Shown in pieces: positions 19,116 through 27,938 of a stretch of 64,000 nucleotides of DNA. This DNA is from Myxococcota bacterium (GTDB taxonomy: Bacteria > Myxococcota_A > Polyangia > Nannocystales > Nannocystaceae). The notes below the pieces were generated by a model. It was not told where the DNA came from. It did not search any database and saw nothing but the letters and a program-made list of their open reading frames with translations. Position numbers and translations under genes: made by a program. Each line of letters begins with the position of its first letter. The stretch's first letter is position 1. Location: assembly GCA_039194325.1 (NCBI GenBank), contig JBCCWC010000007.1, forward strand, positions 82,611 to 146,610. The letters are read 5' to 3'.

Positions 19116-19134
19116 TTTTATGGTAAACATAAAA
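19116..19134. promoter_or_regulatory. LysR-type T-N11-A operator
   Basis: Dyad TTTTATG-GTAAA-CATAAAA in the AT-rich spacer between the divergent LysR and TSUP genes. Confidence 0.7.
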
Positions 19135-19178
19135 TACTTTCGTTGGACCAATGGTAGGGTTTCGCACAGGTTCGTAGG

Positions 19179-19901
19179 GTGGATCTGACGTGGATCGTCA
19201 TCCCGCTCGGCATCGTGGCCGGGGCGCTGACCACCGTGGCCGGGGTCGGCGGGGGTCTGGTGATAACCCTGGCGCTGGCCGCCCTGTGGGATCCCCACGC
19301 TGCGCTGGCCGTGACCGCGCCGGCCCTTCTGCTGGGCAACGTCCATCGGCTGTGGCTGTTCCGCCGCGACGTCGACCGCACCGTGGCGCTGCGGCTGGCG
19401 GCGCCGGCGGTGGTGGGCGCGACCGCGGGAGGGCTGGTCACCGCCGCCGTGCCCGATGGTCCGCTGCGCTGGCTGCTGCTCGGCGTGACCGCGCTGGCCT
19501 TCGCCCGCGAGTGCGGGTGGATCTCGCCGCCGGGCCGCGGCGTGTGGTTGGTGGGCGGCGGCCTGCTGGTGGGGGTGCTGACCGCGACTACCGGCGGCGG
19601 CGGCCTGCTGCTAGCCCCGCTGATGCTCGCGGCACAGCTGCGCGGGGCCACGTTCATCGCGACCGGGGCGCTGGTGGCCAGCTCGATCCACGTGGCGCGA
19701 CTGGTCACCTACGGCGGCACGGGCTTGCTGGGCCCGGCCGAGCTGCCCGTGGCCCTGGTCACGGGGCTGGCAATCTTGCTGGGCAACACCGCGGGGCGGC
19801 GCTTACGTCCTCGCCTGGGGGATCGCATGTGCCACCAGCTGACGTGGATCGTGCTCGTGGGTGGCTTGCTGCTGGCACTGCTGGGCCTGGGCCGCTCGTG
19901 A
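19179..19901 (+). CDS. TSUP (TauE/SafE) family permease
   Basis: ~8 TMs with the repeated GVGGG / TGGGG motif; divergent from LysR. Confidence 0.85.
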   Translation: MDLTWIVIPLGIVAGALTTVAGVGGGLVITLALAALWDPHAALAVTAPALLLGNVHRLWLFRRDVDRTVALRLAAPAVVGATAGGLVTAAVPDGPLRWLLLGVTALAFARECGWISPPGRGVWLVGGGLLVGVLTATTGGGGLLLAPLMLAAQLRGATFIATGALVASSIHVARLVTYGGTGLLGPAELPVALVTGLAILLGNTAGRRLRPRLGDRMCHQLTWIVLVGGLLLALLGLGRS

Positions 19902-19972
19902 GGCTGGCTCACCCGCGCCGCTCTCGGGCGACAGTGACCAGCATCCGCTGCTTGCGTGCCCTATCGTCGTAC

Positions 19973-21400
19973 TCACGATCCCTGGGCGCGAGCGAACAAG
20001 TAGTCCACCGCCAAGTGGGTCATCGCCCGCACGCCCAGCCGCAGGGCCCCCTCGTCGGCCAAGAAGTAGGGCGAGTGGTTGCTGGGCGCCTCCTTCACCG
20101 GGGTACCCTCGGGCACGATCCCCAAGAAGAAGAAGAGCCCCGGAATGCGCTGCTGATAGAACGCGAAGTCCTCCGCGCCCAGCACGGGCGAGCGCTCGTG
20201 CACCCGATCCGGGCCGGCCACCCGCTGTAAGGTCGGCAGCATGCGCGAGAGCAGATGCGGATCGTTATCGACCGCGGGGTAGCCCACGTCGATCTCCACC
20301 TCGGCGCGGGCTCCAGCTGCCTCGGCCAGCTTGGTCGCCGTCTGCTCGATCCGCTCATGGATCTGCCGGCGCACGCCGTCGTCGAAGGTCCGAATGGTCC
20401 CGACCAGCTCTACGCGATCGGGGATGATGTTGCTGCGCAGCCCCCCGTGGATGCTGCCCACCGAGACCACCGAGGGCGTCTTGGTGGTGTCGAGCTGGCG
20501 GGTCACGATGGTCTGCAGGGCGAGCACGATCTGGGAGGCGACCACGATCGGGTCGACGCCCTTCCAGGGATAGGCGCCGTGCGTCTGTGTGCCGTGCACG
20601 GTGATGGTGAAGCGATCCGAGCTGGCCATGGCCGGACCGGCCCGGTAGAGCACGTCGCCCACGGCCGCGGGCACCACGTGCAGGCCGAAGATCGCCTCGG
20701 GCGCGGGTTGGTCGAGCGCGCCCTCCTTGACCATCAGCTCCGCCCCACCGTCCTCTCCGGGCGGGGCTCCCTCCTCGGCGGGCTGGAACAACAGCACCAC
20801 CGTCCCCGGCAGGCGCTCACGCACCCGCGGGAGTAGCTCGGCGACGCCCATGACGATCGCCATGTGCAGGTCGTGCCCACAGGCGTGCATCACGGGCGTG
20901 TCCTTGCCCTGCCACGGGGCGGTGGCGGTGGACGCAAAGGGCAAGCCGGTCTGCTCGCGCACGGGCAGGGCATCCATTTCGGCCCGCAACGCCACCACCG
21001 CGCCGGGCCGACCGCCCTCGAGCACGGCGACTACGCCGGTGTGGGCGACCCCGGTACGCACCGCCCAGCCGTGAGCTCGGAGGTGCTCGGCGATCACCCG
21101 GGCGGTGCGGTGCTCCCGGTTGCTCAGCTCGGGGTGTTGGTGGAGATCGCGGCGGTACTCGATCACCGCCGGCTCGAGCTCGGCGGCGAGGGCATCGATC
21201 TGCTCGGCGAGGGGGCTCGCGCCTACGTCGTCGGACAGGGTCGCCGTCGCGGGCGGCGGAGCCGGCGGCTCGGGCTCGGGGCTCGCGAGTGATCCGCTCT
21301 CCACCGACGGCGGCGGTATGTCCGGCGCGACGCCTTTGGCCGCCGGGCGGCACCCGTGCGCAGCGAGTAGGAGCGAAGCAACGAGCACGGGGGCACGCAT
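19973..21400 (-). CDS. M20D amidohydrolase, lipoprotein
   Basis: HQHPELSNRE, RAEMDALP, MHACGHD, FQPAEE, GAEDFA; signal ending AHG-C from ATG 21400. Confidence 0.93.
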   Translation of the reverse strand: MRAPVLVASLLLAAHGCRPAAKGVAPDIPPPSVESGSLASPEPEPPAPPPATATLSDDVGASPLAEQIDALAAELEPAVIEYRRDLHQHPELSNREHRTARVIAEHLRAHGWAVRTGVAHTGVVAVLEGGRPGAVVALRAEMDALPVREQTGLPFASTATAPWQGKDTPVMHACGHDLHMAIVMGVAELLPRVRERLPGTVVLLFQPAEEGAPPGEDGGAELMVKEGALDQPAPEAIFGLHVVPAAVGDVLYRAGPAMASSDRFTITVHGTQTHGAYPWKGVDPIVVASQIVLALQTIVTRQLDTTKTPSVVSVGSIHGGLRSNIIPDRVELVGTIRTFDDGVRRQIHERIEQTATKLAEAAGARAEVEIDVGYPAVDNDPHLLSRMLPTLQRVAGPDRVHERSPVLGAEDFAFYQQRIPGLFFFLGIVPEGTPVKEAPSNHSPYFLADEGALRLGVRAMTHLAVDYLFARAQGS

Positions 21401-21488
21401 CGTGGCGAGCATACGACGCCCGCCGCTCGGCCTAGTACCGCATGGACCGGCCGCTCCGGGCACCGACAGGAATCCCAGCCCGCAGCGC

Positions 21489-22016
21489 TCAGCGATCCTC
21501 GGAGCGCCTACCCGGCTCGGGCTCCACCACGCAAAACTGTCGCTCGGCTCGCTCGTCGTCGGTGGGAGGCTCCCACAGGTCGCTGGCCAGCTCGAAGAAG
21601 TCGTCGGGGACCTCCATCGAGAATGTCTCCCCTTGCTCGCGGTTGCGCTGCCGCACCCGCTGCCGCCGCACGTCACGGGGCGCATCGACGACATAAACGG
21701 TCAGGTCGAGCGCCGCGGCGTCAACCCGGGCGTAGAACGACTCCCGCAGAGCACGCTGGATGAGGCCGATCTCAAGGACGACGTCGGTGCCCGCCTCGAC
21801 CGCCGAGCAGGCGACCCTCCAGATCTGCTCGACACACCGCTCCGCCCGCTCCACGTACCACTCGATCCGCCCCGTCGGGGGGCGATCGGGACGGAACAGC
21901 ACGGTCATCCACTCGTCGAGCGTCAAGCGCAGCGCGTCGTGCTCGCGGCAAAGCCGGCGGGCAAAGGTCGACTTGCCGGATCCAACCGGCCCGATCAGTA
22001 GGTGTAGGCGAGCCAC
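21489..22016 (-). CDS. AAA_33-type P-loop kinase/ATPase
   Basis: Walker A GPVGSGKST, LTLDEW, DVVLEIG, WEPP; GTG 22016. Confidence 0.85.
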   Translation of the reverse strand: MARLHLLIGPVGSGKSTFARRLCREHDALRLTLDEWMTVLFRPDRPPTGRIEWYVERAERCVEQIWRVACSAVEAGTDVVLEIGLIQRALRESFYARVDAAALDLTVYVVDAPRDVRRQRVRQRNREQGETFSMEVPDDFFELASDLWEPPTDDERAERQFCVVEPEPGRRSEDR

Positions 22017-22128
22017 GAGAGACGGATTCCGGGTTGGTGGACGACGATTCTCGACGATGACAGACCAGCCGGCGACTCGGGGGACTGACGTCAGGCTTGG
22101 TCCTCGTGATGAGAAGGTCCAACGCCTG

Positions 22129-22308
22129 TCAGGTCGTATTTTCGCTTGGCGCTGAGGGAGGCGTTGGCTGGGCTGGTGGATTTGGCGCGGGAGGGGGCGG
22201 TCGTCGGACGGCAGTTCCTCCTGGCGGCGGCCGGACCGATTGCGGGTCCACGTTTCGGTTTGCTCTGTACCCGCCATCTCTGCGGACTTCACGCTCTGGA
22301 TCTGCCAC
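22129..22308 (-). CDS. 59-aa Pro-rich microprotein (not in the ORF track)
   Basis: GTG overlapping the upstream TAG (TAGTG), with AAGGTGAGG just upstream; MADPEREVRRDGGYRANRNVDPQSVRPPPGGTAVRRPPPP... Confidence 0.5.
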   Translation of the reverse strand: MADPEREVRRDGGYRANRNVDPQSVRPPPGGTAVRRPPPPAPNPPAQPTPPSAPSENTT

Positions 22309-22490
22309 TAGTCCTCACCTTCATCAAATCCTAGAAACTCCAGGAGGCGGATCGACTTGCCGGAGATCCAAACGCCCTTGCTGTAGGGCATCGGCTCCCC
22401 GAAGGAGCCCAGTTCGTCAAGCTCGAACACTCACTCCAAGTATAGATCCTCGTCCTCAGGATAGACAGACGCGAGGTTTCCGCACGGACT
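22308..22490 (-). pseudogene. 3' remnant of a DUF6338-like gene with an internal stop
   Basis: Hand translation GNLASVYPEDEDLYLE*VFELDELGSFGEPMPYSKGVWISGKSIRLLEFLG; TGA at 22431-22433; family recalled from motif. Confidence 0.55.
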
Positions 22491-22491
22491 G

Positions 22492-23103
22492 CTAGGGCAC
22501 GCAGATCCGCCGCATCACGCCTATCAGCTTGCGCTCGATCATCACGAGCTCCTTGGGGGGCAGCGAGTCCCAGTGGGTGGCGACCCAGGTGTCCATCGCC
22601 TCGCCCAAGCCCAGCAACATGGCGGTGATCAGATCGACGGGCAGATCGGTGCGGACCGCCCCGACCCCTTGCCCGACCTGGAGGATCTCCCGCGTGGGCT
22701 GCTGCGCCAGGGCCAGCACCTCCCGCACCTGCGGCGGCGCCTCGGCCAGCGAGCGAACCAGGCCGCGGGCAAGCTCGGCCCGCCGCGGGTCGGCCATGAA
22801 GTAAGCGCCCACCCGAGCGACCATGGCATCACAGGCGGCCCAGAACCCCTCGGCGTCTTTGATCTCGCCGAGCCCGCCGATGATCTCCAAAAAGCCGGCG
22901 AAGGTGCGACGCACGACCGTGAGGTAGAGGTCGGCCTTGTCGTCGAAGTAGTAGTACATCGCGCCCTTGCTGACCCCGGCCTGCTCGATGATCCGGTTGT
23001 ACGAGGCGCGGGTGAAGCCATGGGCGGCGAACTCCGCCTCGGCCGCGTCGAGGATCACGTCACGCTTTTCGGCATCGAGCCGGTCGAATCGCGGCCGGGG
23101 CAT
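22492..23103 (-). CDS. TetR/AcrR-family regulator
   Basis: ILDAAEAEFAAHGF...AGVSKGAMYYYFDDKADL; ATG 23103. Confidence 0.93.
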   Translation of the reverse strand: MPRPRFDRLDAEKRDVILDAAEAEFAAHGFTRASYNRIIEQAGVSKGAMYYYFDDKADLYLTVVRRTFAGFLEIIGGLGEIKDAEGFWAACDAMVARVGAYFMADPRRAELARGLVRSLAEAPPQVREVLALAQQPTREILQVGQGVGAVRTDLPVDLITAMLLGLGEAMDTWVATHWDSLPPKELVMIERKLIGVMRRICVP

Positions 23104-23119
23104 AGGACACCCGATGCTA

Positions 23120-23530
23120 TCAGCCCACCTGGTCGAGCACGGGCAACGAGCGCACGGGTCGTAGCCACTCGGGCAATGCGGCGCGAACGTGGGGCGGGAG
23201 CTCCTCGGGCGTGGCCGCGGCCTCGCGGAGCAGCCGCCGGCGCAGGCGGAGATAGCGAGCCGTGCCCACGTCGGCCCGGACCAGCTTGTCGCCGCCCTCG
23301 GTGGGCACCCGCCCGTCGGCCGCGGGCGCCGCCCACCACAGCCACACCAGCCCGTGCTCCTCGCGAAGAGGGAACGCCTCGGCCCCGCGATGCGGGCAAC
23401 GTTCGCGAAGAGATCGCAGCGCGCCGTCGTCCCCACCAAAGACCACCAAAGACAGACCCATCCGGCGCAGGGCCACCGGAGCAGACCGCACCTGGGACGA
23501 CGCGATGGGGTACCCGCGATTGGGGATCAT
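23120..23530 (-). pseudogene. Rieske oxygenase alpha subunit with internal deletions
   Basis: RCPHRGA joined directly to EAFPLREEHGLVWLWW (second CxxH ligand pair missing); catalytic domain absent apart from the final helix. Confidence 0.75.
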
Positions 23531-23616
23531 GGGAGCAACCTCGACTTTCTGATTCGTTCGCCTGAGTGGTCTGGCTGAATGGGCCCGGCCAGGTTTAGAC
23601 CGCAAGGTTCGACCGA

Positions 23617-23625
23617 TGGTATAAT
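23617..23625 (+). promoter_or_regulatory. Extended -10 promoter element
   Basis: Perfect TGnTATAAT in a GC-rich genome, ~255 nt upstream of the 23880 CDS; TAGACC 18 nt upstream. Confidence 0.45.
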
Positions 23626-23879
23626 CGTGAATCTTCGTGCCGGAGCGGCAAGCGATTTCTCGTTGAATCGCCCCCAGGAGCTGGCTACTGCCGGTTTTCA
23701 CTGCGCCATGCGCGCATTTTGCGTGCGCGATCCCAAGCGCCGCCAGCGGCGATCCCCACACGCGCTTCCATCCGCGAGGTCGATTGCGTGAGATGCCTAG
23801 CCTATTGATGTGCTGCCCACGACCGGCCGGGCTCGCGGCCACACGATGAGGTTGATGCGAGTACGATCCGGCGGTGGGG

Positions 23880-24878
23880 ATGCAGACGAGGTCATTGGGC
23901 CGCGACGGGAGTATGAGCTGGGCGGTCGGCGTAGTACTGCTGCTGGGTTGCTCGGTAGGATCTGGCGGGGGTGGCTTCAGCTCGGCCGCGAGCATCGGCG
24001 GAGGAACGCCCACGGACACGGGCTCGGCGAGCATGAGCGAGGGCTCGGACGATTCGGGGATCGCCGACGGCAGCGCGACATCGGTGGGCGACCCACCGGA
24101 CACCGACGATCCCCCGCCGGGCGCGGAGATCTGCAACGGCCTCGACGACGACGGTGACGGCGAGATCGACGAGGATCAGCCCGAACAAAGCTGCGGGGTG
24201 GGCTCTTGCGCGGTGACCGAGCCCACCTGCGTGGGAGGGATCCCGAAGCGCTGCACTCCGGCGCTGCCCGGGGCCGAGGTCTGCAACGGCCTCGACGACG
24301 ATTGCAACGGAGCGGTGGACGACGGCATCGAGCAAGATTGCAGCACGGCATGCGGACCCGGAGTGATCACCTGCGTAGGCGGAGTGGAGCAGGCTTGCAA
24401 TGCGCCTCCTCCCCAGCCCGAGGTCTGCAACCTCTTGGACGACGACTGCGACGGCGCGGCCGACCAGGGCGTGGCCGGGTGCCGCGTGGGGGTGCATCGC
24501 TCGGTTCACCCCAATACCGGCGAGCACTTCTACACGACCGATCTCGGCGAGGCGCAGTGCTGCGGCTTCAACCTCGAGGCCGCCGACTACTACGATCTCT
24601 ACGCCGGGCCGCAGGCGGGGTTGGTCGCGTTCTACCGCTGTCTGACCCCGTGGGGTTTTCACTTCTACACACAGAGCCCTACCTGCGAGGGCACCACCGT
24701 CGAGGGGATCATGGGCTATATCGCCACCGCCCCGGACACCGCGGGGTCGGTCCCGCTGTATCGCCTGTACCTGGGCAGCAACGGCGATCACTTCTATACG
24801 ACCAGCGCGACCGAGCGCGACAACGCGATCAACAACAGCGGCTACGTGGACGAGGGCATCGCCGGCTACGTGTGGTGA
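23880..24878 (+). CDS. Lipoprotein with MopE-like metal-binding repeats and C-terminal DUF5648-like (HFYT) domain
   Basis: Lipobox LLG-C; three E(I/V)CNxLDDDxxG repeats; three HFYT repeats. Confidence 0.85.
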   Translation: MQTRSLGRDGSMSWAVGVVLLLGCSVGSGGGGFSSAASIGGGTPTDTGSASMSEGSDDSGIADGSATSVGDPPDTDDPPPGAEICNGLDDDGDGEIDEDQPEQSCGVGSCAVTEPTCVGGIPKRCTPALPGAEVCNGLDDDCNGAVDDGIEQDCSTACGPGVITCVGGVEQACNAPPPQPEVCNLLDDDCDGAADQGVAGCRVGVHRSVHPNTGEHFYTTDLGEAQCCGFNLEAADYYDLYAGPQAGLVAFYRCLTPWGFHFYTQSPTCEGTTVEGIMGYIATAPDTAGSVPLYRLYLGSNGDHFYTTSATERDNAINNSGYVDEGIAGYVW

Positions 24879-25082
24879 GCGGGGCTTGGGGGCCCTTGGG
24901 CGCGATGCCGGTATTCCCGCACCGAGCCGCCTCCCTCCTTTTCAAGCCGCACCGGTTCGCTCCCCCACCCAAGCCATGAGCGATCTGGGCAATCCCTCGG
25001 GGCGCGCGGGGAACTCCTCGCTGGGGTCCGGGATGGCCCCGCTTCCGCCGACCCGAGGGATGTGGTGTGATCAACGACGACG

Positions 25083-25691
25083 ATGGCCAGCGATGCGATG
25101 CTCGTAGAAGCCTGGCGCGCGGGCGATCGCGAAGCGGGCGCGAAGCTCTTCGACACCTACTACGCCTCGGTGGCCCGGTTCTTCCGCAACAAGGTGGGCC
25201 CGGAGAGCGCCGATCTCATCCAGGCCACGTTCCTCGCCTGCTTCGAGGGCCTGGAGCGGATGCAGTCGACCAATTTCCGCAGCTACCTGTTCGCGATCGC
25301 GTGCAACCTGCTGCGCAAGCACTACCGAGGCAAGGGTCGGGATCGCATCGACTTTGGCTCGGTCAGCGCGCACGACATGGACCCCTCGCCCAGCTCGGTG
25401 ATCGCGGCCGACCAGCAGCAGCGGCAGCTCCTGGGGGCGCTGCGCCGGATCCCGATCGACATGCAGATCATCCTCGAGCTGTTCTACTGGGAATCGATGA
25501 CGGCCGCGGAGGTAGGCGAGGTGCTGGAGATCCCCCTGGGCACGGCCAAGACCCGGATCCGGCGCGCTCGCCAGCTGCTACACGAGCAGATGCAGAAGCT
25601 GGAGGCGCAAGGCCTGGACTCGAGCTGCACGATCGAAGACCTCGACGCGTGGGCCCGCGGGCTGCGGGGAGACGACGCACCACCGGCCTGA
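25083..25691 (+). CDS. ECF sigma-70 factor (kinase-associated type)
   Basis: WRAGDREAG, DLIQATFL, FRSYLFAIA, IPLGTAKTRIRRAR. Confidence 0.92.
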   Translation: MASDAMLVEAWRAGDREAGAKLFDTYYASVARFFRNKVGPESADLIQATFLACFEGLERMQSTNFRSYLFAIACNLLRKHYRGKGRDRIDFGSVSAHDMDPSPSSVIAADQQQRQLLGALRRIPIDMQIILELFYWESMTAAEVGEVLEIPLGTAKTRIRRARQLLHEQMQKLEAQGLDSSCTIEDLDAWARGLRGDDAPPA

Positions 25692-25716
25692 GACTGCACC
25701 GGGGGACTGGCACGCC

Positions 25717-27507
25717 ATGAACCGGCCCTCGTCCCCAGTCGGCGGCGTCGAGCCCGAGCCGGCCCTCCTGGCGCCTCCCCCCGAGGGCCCGGCGATCGAT
25801 CCCTTGCGCGACCGCCTGCGGGCCCGGCTGTTTGGAGGGCCGCACCCGATCACCCGGGTGGGTCGCTTCGTGATCCTGCAAGAGCTGGGCACGGGCGGGA
25901 TGGGGCACGTCTACGCGGCCTACGACGAGCAGCTGGAGCGCAAGATCGCGGTGAAGGTGCTGCGGGCAGACATGGCCCAAAAGCCGCGGCACGAGCAACG
26001 CCTGCGGCGAGAGGCCCAGGCCCTCGCCCGGCTCTCACACCCCAACGTGGTGGCGGTGTACGAGTCGGGCGAGGTCGACGGGCAGGTGTTCCTGGCCATG
26101 GAGCTGGTGTCGGGACCGTCGATGCGTGAGTGGCAGCAGGCCGATCCGCCGCCTCCCGGGGTCGAGCGCGAGGTGCTCGCGCTGCGCCAAGCGCTGGCCA
26201 ACGCCCACTCGGTGTACCTGCTGGGGAACTATGCACGAGCCCAGCGCTTGCTCGTGCCGGTGCTGGAGCGAGCCCGCGCGCTGGGCTACGGGCCCCTACT
26301 CGCCGAGGCGCTGGCAATGGTCGGCAAGGTGTCGAGCCAGAATAACGAGCTCGAGCAAGCCCGAGAGACATTGCTCGAAGCGGTCGACGTGGCCGAGAGC
26401 CACCGCCACGACGAGATCGCCGCCGATGCCTGGCACGCCTTGGCCTTTTTAGCCACCGACCGGCTGCGCGATCCGGCGGAGGGCAAGCGCTGGCTACGAA
26501 GGGCCTGGGCGGCGGTCCGACGCACGGGCAGCCGCGTCCTCGAGGAGGCGGCCCTACTCGAACAACAAGGCCACCTCGCGATGCTGGAATCCGACTTCGA
26601 CGAAGCTGAGCGCTCCTATCGCGAGGCGCTCACGCGACGAGAGACCGCACTCGGCTCCGACCATCACCATGTCATCAAGTCGCGGGTGACGCTGGCCAAC
26701 AGTTACATGGCCCGTGGTGACTTCGCCAAGGCGCAGACCGAGTACACATGGGTCATTGAGCGGCTCGTGAGCATCCTGGGCCCCGAACATCCGAGGGTGG
26801 GGGCCCAGCGCTTCAACCTCGCGCTCGTCTACCAAAGGCTCGGTCACCTCGCCAAGGCCGACGAGCAGCTGGCCGCCACCCTCGCTATTTATCGCCTCGC
26901 CTATGGCGAACACAGCGCACGGCTGGTCCCACTGCTGACCAAGCAAGCCGAGCTCGAAGAGCACCGAGGCCGGCTCGACGAGGCGCTCAAGCTCGCCGGG
27001 CGAGCCCGCGACTTGCTCGACACGAGCGCATCCGATCCGGCCTCCGACCCGGCCTCCGACCCGGCGCTGCTGGAGACCCTCACGGTGCTCGGGATCCTGC
27101 ACTACCGACAGCGGCAATGGGACGAGGCGCTCGTGTCTTTGTCCCGGGTGGTGGAGCTCACCGAAGCCAGCCCCGACCCATCGCCGCTCTACCAGGGGCT
27201 CGCACACTCCAACGTGGGTGATGTCCTCATCGCCCTCGAGCGCTGGGACGACGCCGCCACCCGCTACGAGCGCGCGCTCGAGCTGATGCGCCCCGTGTTG
27301 GCGGCCGATCACCCCAGCCTCGGCGCACCGCTACGCGGGATCGGCCAGGCCAAGCTAGGCCGTGGCGACGCCGCAGGAGCCGTCGAGCCGCTGCAACACG
27401 CGCTCGAGATCCGGCGCACCTACCCCGGTGATCGCCACGAGCTGGCCATCACCCTGTGGGCGTTGGCACGAGCGATGGCTCTGTCGACGCCTGCCGATCG
27501 TAGCTAG
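25717..27507 (+). CDS. Ser/Thr kinase-TPR protein with in-frame loss of kinase C-lobe and TM (pseudokinase or pseudogene)
   Basis: LGTGGMGHVY, IAVK, HPNVV, AMELV present; no HRD/DFG/APE; joins TPRs at WQQADPPPPGVEREV. Confidence 0.8.
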   Translation: MNRPSSPVGGVEPEPALLAPPPEGPAIDPLRDRLRARLFGGPHPITRVGRFVILQELGTGGMGHVYAAYDEQLERKIAVKVLRADMAQKPRHEQRLRREAQALARLSHPNVVAVYESGEVDGQVFLAMELVSGPSMREWQQADPPPPGVEREVLALRQALANAHSVYLLGNYARAQRLLVPVLERARALGYGPLLAEALAMVGKVSSQNNELEQARETLLEAVDVAESHRHDEIAADAWHALAFLATDRLRDPAEGKRWLRRAWAAVRRTGSRVLEEAALLEQQGHLAMLESDFDEAERSYREALTRRETALGSDHHHVIKSRVTLANSYMARGDFAKAQTEYTWVIERLVSILGPEHPRVGAQRFNLALVYQRLGHLAKADEQLAATLAIYRLAYGEHSARLVPLLTKQAELEEHRGRLDEALKLAGRARDLLDTSASDPASDPASDPALLETLTVLGILHYRQRQWDEALVSLSRVVELTEASPDPSPLYQGLAHSNVGDVLIALERWDDAATRYERALELMRPVLAADHPSLGAPLRGIGQAKLGRGDAAGAVEPLQHALEIRRTYPGDRHELAITLWALARAMALSTPADRS

Positions 27508-27557
27508 CCTACGAAGGGCAGCCGCTCTCTGAGCATCGCCACGCGATCGAGCATCGG

Positions 27558-27899
27558 ATGAACGAGCTGACCGAATACGACATCCAGATCCCCGACATCG
27601 ACCACGAGGGGAAGCACTACCGGGTCAACGTATTGAGCGTGAAACCCGACGGCTCGCTCGAGCCGTGGGCTCGCGGAGGCACGGGGTGCCGATCACACAA
27701 GATCACCCGCCCCGAGCGCGACACGGTGCATGTCCCATTCGTGGTCGTCGCGGTACGGGAGGATGGCGAGCAGATCCTGGCCGACCCCTATCCGGAGACC
27801 TTCACTCCTCCCATGAACCCTCCTATCGACTCTCCTCCTCCACGGAGGACCACCGACGCCGGGGACAACGGAGACGGCGCAGATTCCACCGGGGGCTAG
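27558..27899 (+). CDS. Small hypothetical protein
   Basis: Protein-like composition directly downstream of the kinase-TPR gene; start uncertain. Confidence 0.5.
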   Translation: MNELTEYDIQIPDIDHEGKHYRVNVLSVKPDGSLEPWARGGTGCRSHKITRPERDTVHVPFVVVAVREDGEQILADPYPETFTPPMNPPIDSPPPRRTTDAGDNGDGADSTGG

Positions 27900-27938
27900 C
27901 CGCCCCCCTTGGCCGCGCCGAGGCATCCGCCAAAGCCT

